The notes under the pieces: model-generated
The model's input: the letters and a program-made list of their open reading frames with translations, nothing else
Databases searched by the model: none
Told to the model about the DNA's origin: nothing
In this document: positions 28,087 through 36,859 of the stretch, in pieces
How positions within the stretch are numbered: position 1 is the stretch's first letter
Layout: the number at the start of each line of letters is the position of its first letter
Source: Limnoglobus sp.
GTDB lineage: Bacteria; Planctomycetota; Planctomycetia; Gemmatales; Gemmataceae
Direction: 5' to 3'
Assembly: GCA_043785305.1 (NCBI GenBank)
Contig: JAYVXI010000234.1
Location: 8,008-72,007 of the forward strand
DNA: 64,000 nt
Program-made: the position numbers and the translations under genes

Positions 28087-28233
28087 GTGGCAGGTGCTCG
28101 ATTGTCAGTTTGAACCGGCGTTCACTGACTCAGATCTGGTCAGCCGCACCACTTCTGGCAGAACCTCTAGGATTTCGAGTGACTTGATTCCTCACCGAAC
28201 AAGGCACTGTCGTGTCACGCCTGTATCACGAGA

Positions 28234-28262
28234 CACGCCCACACCGGATCGGTGTGGGCGTG
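28234..28262 (-). terminator. Hairpin downstream of the RRM gene (12-bp stem cacgcccacacc / ggtgtgggcgtg)
   Basis: Perfect stem 28234-28245 / 28251-28262, 26 nt beyond the stop at 28288. Weak U-tract. Confidence 0.5.
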
Positions 28263-28287
28263 AGTTTAATAATCGTGTGTTTGCAGG

Positions 28288-28686
28288 TTAGTACCGACCG
28301 CCGCCACCACTGCCGCCGCGGCCACCACCGCCGCCGCCGCCACCATAACCGCCGCCGCCGCTACCGCCGCGGCTGCCACCACCGCCGCCACCACCGTAGC
28401 CGCCACCACCGCCGCCGCCCCCGCCCGTGCGTGGACGCTCTTCGCGTGGCTTGGCTTCGTTCACGGTCAGACGACGACCTTGAAATTCTGCACCATTGAG
28501 GCCTTCAATGGCTTGCTCGCCACCATCGGTCATTTCGACGAAGGCGAAGCCGCGGCTCCGACCCGTTTCGCGGTCCGTCACCAGTTGGGCCTTCGCCACG
28601 GTGCCGTACTGCGAGAATGCCTGAACGAGATCTTCCGACGTGGTACCGAACGGGAGATTCCCGACGTACAGATTCGAAACCGCCAT
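28288..28686 (-). CDS. RRM (RNP-1) RNA-binding protein with glycine-rich tail
   Basis: LYVGNLPF (RNP-2) and RGFAFVEM (RNP-1). C-terminal GGGGGGYGGGGGGSRGGSGGGG repeats account for the GCC/GGC periodicity at 28295-28430. Confidence 0.9.
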   Translation of the reverse strand: MAVSNLYVGNLPFGTTSEDLVQAFSQYGTVAKAQLVTDRETGRSRGFAFVEMTDGGEQAIEGLNGAEFQGRRLTVNEAKPREERPRTGGGGGGGGGYGGGGGGGSRGGSGGGGYGGGGGGGGRGGSGGGGRY

Positions 28687-28886
28687 AACAGTCCCCTCAC
28701 GCTGAGATAGGTTGTCCTACCCAGCACTCCATGAATGCGAAACACGAACGACCACGAATTGGGTCGTCCGAGGATAGTGGCAAGATTTCGCCTGCCCTAT
28801 CACACACCGAACGGTTGTAGTCCCATCCAGATAAACGCGATTGTACGAGACGCAATAAATATAGCGAGACGATTTTCTCCAATAAT

Positions 28887-29846
28887 TCAAGATTGTGCAA
28901 AGTTTTCGCTTTCAGTCACCGTCACTTCGCCGTCTGGCTCGAACGTCACCGAAGCATCTCGCCACGCGAAATCGGGCATATTTCCAGCGCCCGATGCGGC
29001 CAGAATCGCATCGCCGATCGAGTGCATCGCGAGTGCCCGTAGTCCTACATACGAAGTCGTCAGTCGCGGATTGATTTCGATTGCGACATCGCCAGAACCG
29101 CTTTCCGCGAAGCCCAAAATGAGATCGACGCCGACGTAGCCACGCAACCCCGGCACGCATTTGACGGCGCGCACCGCGAGCGATTCCGCACGCCTCACAA
29201 GTGACTCGGGCAGCGGCATTGTCCCGCCGAGATACTTCAGGCGGCCATCGCCGGATAGCAACTGCATACACGGCATCAGGGCGATGATTTTCGCTTCGCA
29301 AATAATTAGCGAAATACTTGCAGAAAGTCCGGCGACGTGCGGTTGCGCGAGCATTTCCCAAGGCTCCGTCGCCGCGTTTTCGTAATCTGCGGCGTGCCTT
29401 GCAAGGTAAGTCGCCGTCGAACCCGCACCGTAACGGGGCTTGAACACCGCGGGGACGGCATCGCGCGGCCAGTCCTCAAGCCCACACGTCGGCGGCGTCG
29501 GTATGCCGTGCGTTTGCCAATGTTGACTGAGTGCGAGTTTGTCCGCACACAGCACAACCCCGCGATGCTCCGAACCCAGGTTGCACGTCGAAGTGCGTTC
29601 CGCAAGCGATGTGAGTCTGGCCAGAATGCCATCGAACTCCGGCGCGATAATCAGCGTGAAATCGGCGACATGGCACTCGTTTTCAAATGCCGTATCGTCA
29701 CTGCCCGTGAAGAACGCGACTTCGTAGTCCGCGTTCTTGCGAAAGTCCGCCGCGATGGCATCGCGCATCGCAAGTCCTTCGCGATATAGCGGATCGAGGC
29801 CAGTTCCCGTAGCGGTGAGATGCTCGTAGAGGAAGATTCGCGGCAC
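28887..29846 (-). CDS. ATP-grasp domain protein, substrate unknown
   Basis: GTG start at 29846 shares one base with the rpe TAG stop. VFKPRYGAGS and VAIEINPRLT blocks are typical of ATP-grasp ligases. The upstream part of the 374-aa ORF overlaps rpe and is R-rich. Confidence 0.65.
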   Translation of the reverse strand: MPRIFLYEHLTATGTGLDPLYREGLAMRDAIAADFRKNADYEVAFFTGSDDTAFENECHVADFTLIIAPEFDGILARLTSLAERTSTCNLGSEHRGVVLCADKLALSQHWQTHGIPTPPTCGLEDWPRDAVPAVFKPRYGAGSTATYLARHAADYENAATEPWEMLAQPHVAGLSASISLIICEAKIIALMPCMQLLSGDGRLKYLGGTMPLPESLVRRAESLAVRAVKCVPGLRGYVGVDLILGFAESGSGDVAIEINPRLTTSYVGLRALAMHSIGDAILAASGAGNMPDFAWRDASVTFEPDGEVTVTESENFAQS

Positions 29847-30517
29847 TACTTCACCGCGTTCATCGCGAGTGCCAGCAGATTTGCGGTGGCGATGGCGGGT
29901 CCGTTTTTGGAACCGAAGATTGCGGTACCTGCGACGAAGACGTTCGCTCCCGCTGCCGATGCCGCGACGATGGTATGCGCGTCGATGCCGCCATCGACTT
30001 CGATCTCGCACTTCGGGTTTTGTTCGTTAATCCAACGGCGTAACTGGCGAATACGTGCGGTACTTTCGGGGATGTACGCCTGGCCGCCGAAGCCGGGAAA
30101 CACCGTCATGCACAACACCAGATCGATATCGGTGAGGTACGGCTCAATCCTGTCGATGGGGTAATCGGGGTTGAACGCCAGCCCGACTTTCTTGCCGAGC
30201 GAGCCGCGAATGTGCTGGATGAGTTCGAGCGGTTCGGGCACGACTTCGAGGTGGAAAATGAACGTGTCCGCACCTGCCGCCACGAAACCATCGAGGAACG
30301 ACGCGGGTCGTTCGACCATCAGATGCACTTCGAGTGGCCGTTTGGTGATCGGCCGCAACCCCTTCACCACCACCGCACCCATGCTCAGGTTCGGCACGAA
30401 ATGGCCATCCATCACATCGATGTGGACGCGGTCCGCACCGCCCTTTTCGGTCTCCAGAACGAGTTCGCCGAGCCGCGAAAAATCGGCAGCCAGAATCGAC
30501 GGAGCAATGTAAGCCAT
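29846..30517 (-). CDS. rpe: Ribulose-phosphate 3-epimerase
   Basis: IAPSILAADF, HIDVMDGHFVPN, VDGGI. 223 aa. Confidence 0.92.
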   Translation of the reverse strand: MAYIAPSILAADFSRLGELVLETEKGGADRVHIDVMDGHFVPNLSMGAVVVKGLRPITKRPLEVHLMVERPASFLDGFVAAGADTFIFHLEVVPEPLELIQHIRGSLGKKVGLAFNPDYPIDRIEPYLTDIDLVLCMTVFPGFGGQAYIPESTARIRQLRRWINEQNPKCEIEVDGGIDAHTIVAASAAGANVFVAGTAIFGSKNGPAIATANLLALAMNAVK

Positions 30518-30698
30518 GACAGTCTCGCGCGGTGTGTTTGTGCTAATCGTAGGTTATCGAACCGTTTTCGCTCCGTCCATCCGGAACGGGTATCCCGACG
30601 CGAGGCGAGCGGTGGATACGCCATTCGGGTTGCCCTTCTCAGCGTTCTTCGAGTATTCCTAACGAACAAACTTGTTCCCGATGGCATGGATGCCGCAG

Positions 30699-31859
30699 AT
30701 GCACGTATTTATCAGTTCCGGCGAACCGAGTGGCGACTTGCACGGCGCGAACCTGGCACGTGCCTTGATCGCCCGCGATCCGGCCACGAAACTCGTCGGC
30801 TTCGGTGGCGATAACATGGCGGCGGCGGGCGTCGATCTCATGTATCCGCTCACGCAGTTATCCGTCATGTGGCTCAGCCGTTCGATCGTGAACTTGCCGA
30901 AGTTCTTTCAACTCGCAGATCGTGCCGAACGCTATTTCCTTCGCCACAAGCCCGATGCGGTGGTGGTCATCGACTTCCCCGGCTTCCATTGGCATATCGC
31001 GAAACGTGCCAAAGCGGCGGGCATCCCCGTTTACTACTTCGTGCCGCCACAACTCTGGGCATGGGGCGGTTGGCGTGTCCGCAAGATGCGCCGCACAGTC
31101 GATGCCGTTCTGACTGCGTTGCCGTTCGAGGAGGAATGGTACGCGGCAAAGAAAGTGAACACGCATTATGTCGGCCATCCGTACTTCGACGAGATGCCAC
31201 GGCAGACGCGGAATGCGGAGTTCATGGCCGAACAGCGTGCGAAGGGGAAAGCGATCGTCGCGATTCTACCGGGGTCGCGCAACCAAGAGGTTTCCGCGAA
31301 CTTGCCGTTGATGCTCGAAGCGGCGAAGAAAATCTCCGCGAGCCGTCCGAACACGCGATTCTTGATTGCAGCCTTCAACGACAAACAAGGGCGAAAAGCG
31401 AAAGAACTACTGGCGGCCAGCGGGCTGACGGCGGAAGTTCACGTGCAGCGGACGCCGGAGATCATCGAACTATGCGAGGCGTGCATCGCGGTTTCCGGCT
31501 CGGTTGGCCTCGAACTCATGTACCAACTCAAGCCAACGGTGGTCGTGTACCAATACTCGCGGTTGGCCCGTGCGGTGAGTTCGATGCTGATGACTTGCCC
31601 GTATATCAGCCTCGTGAACCTGCTGGCGAAGGAAGAAATCTTCCCCGAGTTCCTGACGTACGAAGACCGCACGCCGGACATCGCACGGCAGATTTTGCGT
31701 TGGCTGAACGATGCCCCGAGCCGTGCGGCCACCGTCGCGAAACTGCAAGCGCTCCGCGACATTGTCGCCGTCCCCGGTGCTTGCGAACGCGCCGCCGACT
31801 TCCTCGTCGACGCGATCGCGGCCCATCAAAAACCAGCGGCCATCCGCCGTGCCGCGTGA
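30699..31859 (+). CDS. lpxB: Lipid-A-disaccharide synthase
   Basis: MHVFISSGEPSGDLHGANL, YYFVPPQLWAWGGWR. Earlier in-frame ATGs at 30672, 30681 and 30690 are possible. Confidence 0.88.
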   Translation: MHVFISSGEPSGDLHGANLARALIARDPATKLVGFGGDNMAAAGVDLMYPLTQLSVMWLSRSIVNLPKFFQLADRAERYFLRHKPDAVVVIDFPGFHWHIAKRAKAAGIPVYYFVPPQLWAWGGWRVRKMRRTVDAVLTALPFEEEWYAAKKVNTHYVGHPYFDEMPRQTRNAEFMAEQRAKGKAIVAILPGSRNQEVSANLPLMLEAAKKISASRPNTRFLIAAFNDKQGRKAKELLAASGLTAEVHVQRTPEIIELCEACIAVSGSVGLELMYQLKPTVVVYQYSRLARAVSSMLMTCPYISLVNLLAKEEIFPEFLTYEDRTPDIARQILRWLNDAPSRAATVAKLQALRDIVAVPGACERAADFLVDAIAAHQKPAAIRRAA

Positions 31860-33731
31860 TTACTTCAGCAGCTTCTCGACTTCGTCGTTGAGCATCGGGA
31901 AGCCGGTGTTCTTGTTCGCGACTTTGCCCGTCTTGTCGATCAGGAAGAAGTGCGGCCCCATGATCCCGTACTGGGCCGCCAACCCTTGCTGGAAGAGGTG
32001 ATCGCCGGGCAACTGCGTGGCCGTAATCGCCTGAGCCGCCTGCTGAGGATTCTGATCGAGGCAGACCGTCACGATCGATAGCTTCTTGCTCGCCGCGTGC
32101 TTCTTTTGCAGTTCATTCAGTGCGGCGGCTTCTTCCTTCAACCGCGAGTGGAAGCTACCCCAGTAATACACGATCACCACCTGGCCGGTCAGCTTCGCGA
32201 CATCGACACCGCCCTTGCCGTCGAGCGTTGGCCCACTGAGCGCGAACGGCTTACCTTCGCTGTCGATTCGCAACACCGCACCGCGAGCTTGTGCCCCGAG
32301 TGGGTGCGTGCTGAAGTTCTTCGCGAGTGTTTCGTAGTAACCTTTCGACACCGTTTCCGAATCCTTCGCACCCGAATATTCCGTCGCCATCGCGAGTCGG
32401 TACAGGGCTTCGGGCGTTTCTTCGATGTTCGGGTAAGTCGCCACGAATCCATCGAGTTGATCGCGCCACCACTTCTGAAGTTCGGTGACTTTCGTCTGAT
32501 TCGCATCGCTCGCGACTAGGCGTGTCGCGTATTCCAACCCGAGCGCCCGGTACGCGGCGAAGCCAGCCAGTGGCGACTTCGGCGCGACTTTGTCGATCTG
32601 CGTTCGCCACGCATTGAGTTGCTCGGCCGATTTCGCATCGCCGTATTCGCCGGCGGCCACATACGCTTCGAGCAGTTGTCGCAGCCACGAATCTTGCCGT
32701 GGGTCGCCTTGCAGTTTCGCGACGATCTTCGCCAAAACTTCCGCGCGGGCCACGTGATGTTTCGCGACCGATTCGCGATTGCTCGCATCGGGTGGCTTCA
32801 CCGCACTGAGTTCCGCGACGAGTTCCTTCACCGCTTCGGGTACGACAGCGGCGCTATCGGCTTCGCTGCTGTTGCGGTCGGGCGAACCGGGTAGCGGGCC
32901 GTCGATGATTCGCCAGGCGCGGCCAATTTGCACCAGTTCGCCGAGTTGAAACGTTGCCGCGGTGTTGCTAACGCCCGTATCGACGAGCACGCCACCGTTG
33001 CGGTGCCGAACGAGGTCCATCTTGCCGCTGAACGCATCGAGTGGCGTCGTTTCGGGTGCCCACAACTCCGCGTGAACCCACTTCGCCTTGTCGGTCAGTT
33101 TCAGTTTGGCACTCGTTTCTTCGAAGTTTGCAACGACGCGGCTCATCCGCGCTTGCAACTTTTCCACTTGAGGAACGGGCAGCCCGAGCAACTGCATTTC
33201 CGGTGGCGACATCATGAGTGTGCGCAGGCGACGAACATCTTTCGCAACGAGCGATTCAAAGACTTCCTTGCTCACTTCTTCAGGTGAAATGATCTCCCAA
33301 GAATCGATCAGACCATCGCCATCGACGTCGGCACCTTGCTTGCTGCCGAGCGCGCCGAGCCAACGGAATTGATCGACCTTGCCGCTGCTTTTCGTGTCGG
33401 TTTCGCGGTAAACTTCTTGTCCGTCGAGGTAAAACGAGAAGATGTTGTAATTCTCGGTGCCGATGGCGAGGAATCGGCGAATCGGCTTGTTATTCGCGTC
33501 GAGGAGCGCGTGCCCGATGGTTTTTTTGTCGTCTGGGTATGCCACAACGCGACAGCGTGCGAGTTCCGCCGCCGTCGGCGTGGTGACAGTCACACCCGCC
33601 TGTTTCGGCTGGATCGCCGCGAACTGTTCGAGTTTCGGCGTGGGAGGTAACGCCTCGGCAACGTTCGTGCCGATGCCGGTGCTCAACGACAAGATCGCGA
33701 AGGCTTTGGCTGCAAATCGTTTCGTAGTCAT
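31860..33731 (-). CDS. Secreted protein with a C-terminal thioredoxin-like fold lacking the CxxC motif
   Basis: Signal MTTKRFAAKAFAILSLS. The C-terminal block GQVVIVYYWGSFHSRLKEEAAALNEL aligns to the TlpA pattern FWATWCGPC..., with both Cys replaced. Confidence 0.65.
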   Translation of the reverse strand: MTTKRFAAKAFAILSLSTGIGTNVAEALPPTPKLEQFAAIQPKQAGVTVTTPTAAELARCRVVAYPDDKKTIGHALLDANNKPIRRFLAIGTENYNIFSFYLDGQEVYRETDTKSSGKVDQFRWLGALGSKQGADVDGDGLIDSWEIISPEEVSKEVFESLVAKDVRRLRTLMMSPPEMQLLGLPVPQVEKLQARMSRVVANFEETSAKLKLTDKAKWVHAELWAPETTPLDAFSGKMDLVRHRNGGVLVDTGVSNTAATFQLGELVQIGRAWRIIDGPLPGSPDRNSSEADSAAVVPEAVKELVAELSAVKPPDASNRESVAKHHVARAEVLAKIVAKLQGDPRQDSWLRQLLEAYVAAGEYGDAKSAEQLNAWRTQIDKVAPKSPLAGFAAYRALGLEYATRLVASDANQTKVTELQKWWRDQLDGFVATYPNIEETPEALYRLAMATEYSGAKDSETVSKGYYETLAKNFSTHPLGAQARGAVLRIDSEGKPFALSGPTLDGKGGVDVAKLTGQVVIVYYWGSFHSRLKEEAAALNELQKKHAASKKLSIVTVCLDQNPQQAAQAITATQLPGDHLFQQGLAAQYGIMGPHFFLIDKTGKVANKNTGFPMLNDEVEKLLK

Positions 33732-34012
33732 GCGCGACACCCTCAAGGAACGCGACCGCACTCGTCCGGCACGACCGCTACTCGTGGTATCGGCCAAACA
33801 ATCGCTACAAGTGAAAGCGAAACGTAGTTTGTCCGACCGAATCATTCAAAAAACGTCGCGCACGGTTCCCACGGCTGAGCGAAGAGACGGGCGTGTCGTA
33901 TCGCGGAAGTGAAAACGCCCAACTGAGAATCCTTCACGTCGTTGCCTCCTCTCCGTAAGTCGATCCATATAACGAACTAATCACTGCGAATTTAACGTCT
34001 GAAGGTGTCATC

Positions 34013-35884
34013 ATGGCCGAGTGGCAGCGTACGAAGACTTGTGGCGAACTGCGCGAAGAACATATCGGCCAAACGGTCACGCTGAACGGCTGGGTGCTCA
34101 TCACCCGCAACTTTCCGAACCAGGCGTTCATCGATCTTCGCGACCGCTACGGCCTCACGCAAGTCGTAGTTGAAGATGTCGACAAAGTGCTGTTCGCCGC
34201 CGCGAATGAACTCGGGCGCGAGCACGTGATCTCGGTTACGGGCGTCGTTCGCAAACGCCTGCCGGGTGCCGAGCGACCGAACATTGCCACGGGCAAAGTC
34301 GAACTCGAAGCCAAGACGCTACGCCTCCTGAATGCCTGCCCGCCACTGCCGTTCAGCGTCACCGAGTTCCCCGACGAGGAACCGGCCAACGAAGATTTAC
34401 GCCTGCAATATCGCTATCTGGACCTGCGACGCCGTTCGATTCAGAACGTGCTGATCTTGCGGCACCGAGTCAACAAGGTCATTCGCGACTATATGGATTC
34501 GCGCGAATTCCTCGAGATGGAAACGCCACTGCTCGGCAAGAGCACGCCCGAAGGCGCACGCGATTATCTCGTCCCGAGTCGCGTGTTCAACGGCGAGTGG
34601 TTCGCACTGCCGCAGTCGCCGCAACTTTACAAACAACTGTTGATGATCGCGGGCTACGACAAGTATTTCCAGATCGCGCGATGTTTGCGCGACGAAGACC
34701 TTCGCGCGGATCGCCAGCCGGAGTTCACGCAACTCGACGTCGAAATGTCGTTCGTCGAGCGCGAAGACATTTTGACGCTGATGGAAGGCCTCGCTGCCGA
34801 GCTTTTCGACAAGTGCCTCGGTGTGAAACTCGCACTGCCACTGCCGCGACTGAAGTATTCGGACGTGATGTTGAAGTACGGCAGCGACAAGCCCGACCTG
34901 CGTTACGGGCTGGAAATCCTCGATATTTCCGAAGTGGCCGCCGTCAGCGAGTTCAAGGTGTTCAAGGATGTCCTCGAAGCGGGCGGTGTCGTTCGCGGGC
35001 TGAACGCGAAGGGCGCGGCGGAGAAGTTCTCGAACTCGGCACTGAAACCGGGTGGCGAACTACCGAAGTTCGTCGAGCAGTACAAGGCGAAGGGCCTCGC
35101 GTGGATGAAGTTCGAGAACGGCAAGTTCACCGGGGCGATCGAGAAGTTCTTTTCGGATGAACTTAAAGCGAAACTGCAACAACAATTGGATGTCGCGAAC
35201 GGCGACCTCGTCGTGTTCGTGGCGGACAAGGAATCGGTCGTTTGCGACGCGCTCGGTGCCTTGCGTTGTCACCTCGCCACGACGTTGAAACTGTACAAAA
35301 ACTGGTGGGACGAAAAGGCTGCGTACGAAGCGATCGAAGACAAAGCCGCCCGTAAAGAGAAGCGTGCGGCACGGCCATTCGCGGTGAAGGCGGAGCACTT
35401 TCACATGGCGTGGGTCGTCGATTTCCCGATGTTCGCGTGGGACGCCGACGAGCAGCGTTACGCGGCGATTCACCACCCGTTTACGGCCCCGATGGACGAA
35501 GACGTGCAATACATGGAGTCCGACCCCGCGCGGGTTCGGGCGAAGGCGTACGACCTCGTTCTCAACGGCTCCGAGGTCGGCGGCGGCAGCATTCGTATCC
35601 ACAATCCCGAACTGCAAACGCTCGTTTTCAAGATGCTCGGGATGCCACTCGAAGACGCCCAGTCGCGATTCGGGTTCTTGCTCGACGCGCTCAAGAGCGG
35701 GGCACCGCCACACGGCGGGATCGCGCTCGGCCTGGACCGCTGGTGCATGATCCTCGCGGGAACGACGAACATCCGCGACGTGATCGCATTCCCGAAGAAC
35801 CAGAAAGCCCGCGACCTAATGACTGGTGCCCCCGCCGTCGTCGAACCCCGCCAACTGAAAGAACTCGGCGTAAAGATGGTGTAA
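34013..35884 (+). CDS. aspS: Aspartyl-tRNA synthetase
   Basis: FIDLRDRYG, QSPQLYKQLLM, FQIARCLRDEDLRADRQPEFTQLD, GGGSIRIH, PPHGGIALGLDR. Confidence 0.95.
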   Translation: MAEWQRTKTCGELREEHIGQTVTLNGWVLITRNFPNQAFIDLRDRYGLTQVVVEDVDKVLFAAANELGREHVISVTGVVRKRLPGAERPNIATGKVELEAKTLRLLNACPPLPFSVTEFPDEEPANEDLRLQYRYLDLRRRSIQNVLILRHRVNKVIRDYMDSREFLEMETPLLGKSTPEGARDYLVPSRVFNGEWFALPQSPQLYKQLLMIAGYDKYFQIARCLRDEDLRADRQPEFTQLDVEMSFVEREDILTLMEGLAAELFDKCLGVKLALPLPRLKYSDVMLKYGSDKPDLRYGLEILDISEVAAVSEFKVFKDVLEAGGVVRGLNAKGAAEKFSNSALKPGGELPKFVEQYKAKGLAWMKFENGKFTGAIEKFFSDELKAKLQQQLDVANGDLVVFVADKESVVCDALGALRCHLATTLKLYKNWWDEKAAYEAIEDKAARKEKRAARPFAVKAEHFHMAWVVDFPMFAWDADEQRYAAIHHPFTAPMDEDVQYMESDPARVRAKAYDLVLNGSEVGGGSIRIHNPELQTLVFKMLGMPLEDAQSRFGFLLDALKSGAPPHGGIALGLDRWCMILAGTTNIRDVIAFPKNQKARDLMTGAPAVVEPRQLKELGVKMV

Positions 35885-35887
35885 AAA

Positions 35888-36163
35888 TTGTTAGCCCGAC
35901 GCGCAAGCGAGGGGTGTGGTCGCCCCTCGCTTGCGAGTTTTGAAGTTGCGCTAAACTGTCACCGATCTTCAAATGCAGCTGTTTCACGCACAAACACGCG
36001 CCCGGCGAGCGGCATTGCGTAAGCATGCCGTGGTAGCCTCACAGGGTTCACACGGCACGCATACGCCGTGCCGCTCGCCGGGGGTTTCGAGAATGAACAT
36101 CGTCAAAGTGAGTGTCAGGGTTTCAAACTGCGCAACTTCAAAACTTGCGATGCGGGCTAACAA
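35888..36163. repeat. About 275-bp nested imperfect palindrome (MITE-like) built on F1 repeat ends
   Basis: Outer arms ttgttagcccg.../...cgggctaacaa (35888, 36152-36163). Middle arms cttgcgagttttgaagttgcgc (35930-35951) and gcgcaacttcaaaacttgcga (36130-36150). Inner arms are a perfect 14-bp pair, cccggcgagcggca (36001-36014) / tgccgctcgccggg (36069-36082). Confidence 0.7.
35902..35940 (+). terminator. Rho-independent-type terminator after aspS
   Basis: 13-bp stem cgcaagcgagggg (35902-35914) / cccctcgcttgcg (35923-35935), followed by agtttt. Confidence 0.6.
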
Positions 36164-36199
36164 GAACGCAGCATTGAAATTTGTGGAGCCAGTCGTTCG

Positions 36200-36859
36200 A
36201 TGGATTTTCACGATCCGGTCAGTTCGTGGTCGCATTTGCTGATGGCATTCTGGATGATCTTCGTCTGTTTGTTCTTGTTGAAATTAACGGCGAAACATCG
36301 GCGACAACAACGGGCGAGTATTGCAATTTATTCGGTTACGGTCGTGTGGCTGTACTTCATGAGTGGGCTGTTTCATGGGCTGCAACACGCCTCGCCCGAA
36401 GTGCGGCGACTTTGGCAACTCCTCGATCAAACCGCGATATTCTGGCTGATTTTCGGCTCCAACGTACCTATCTGTGTGTATGTTCTTTCGAATCGCGTGC
36501 GCAATCGCATCCTGGGGCTGCTGTTCGCGATTGCATTGGGTGGCACCTTGTACTTGTGGTTGATGCCGAAGCCACCGCACGAGGTATTGATTGCGATTTA
36601 TGTCGGGATGGGCATTTCGAGTATGTTGCCGTTGCGATCGTATTATCGGCGGTTGGGACGTAACGGTTTGGTGTGGATCTTCTTGCTCGCGTTCTTGTAC
36701 GTGATCGGTGCCGTGTTCGAGGGTATCCGCTGGCCGGTGATCGTGACCGGCTGGCTCGGCCCACACGAAGTGTTGCACCTGTGCGACGTCGCCGGCACGA
36801 TCGCGCACCTGCGGTTGTTGATGATCAACGTGATCCCGAAACATCGGTCATTTCGCTAA
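36200..36859 (+). CDS. Hemolysin III / PAQR family membrane protein
   Basis: Seven hydrophobic segments. SHLLMAFWMIF and a C-terminal GPHEVLHLCDVAGTIAH His-containing motif. Confidence 0.7.
   Translation: MDFHDPVSSWSHLLMAFWMIFVCLFLLKLTAKHRRQQRASIAIYSVTVVWLYFMSGLFHGLQHASPEVRRLWQLLDQTAIFWLIFGSNVPICVYVLSNRVRNRILGLLFAIALGGTLYLWLMPKPPHEVLIAIYVGMGISSMLPLRSYYRRLGRNGLVWIFLLAFLYVIGAVFEGIRWPVIVTGWLGPHEVLHLCDVAGTIAHLRLLMINVIPKHRSFR

Noticed and set aside
28295-28430. Strong GCC/GGC periodic repeat at the DNA level
   Set aside because: It is the coding sequence of the glycine-rich tail of the RRM protein, not a microsatellite outside genes or a CRISPR-like array.
30754-30764. tggcacgtgcc, resembling the half-sites of the 25-nt motif
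   Set aside because: It lies inside the lpxB coding sequence, lacks the A5 spacer and flanking ccccacg, and a 10-bp GC palindrome is plausible by chance.
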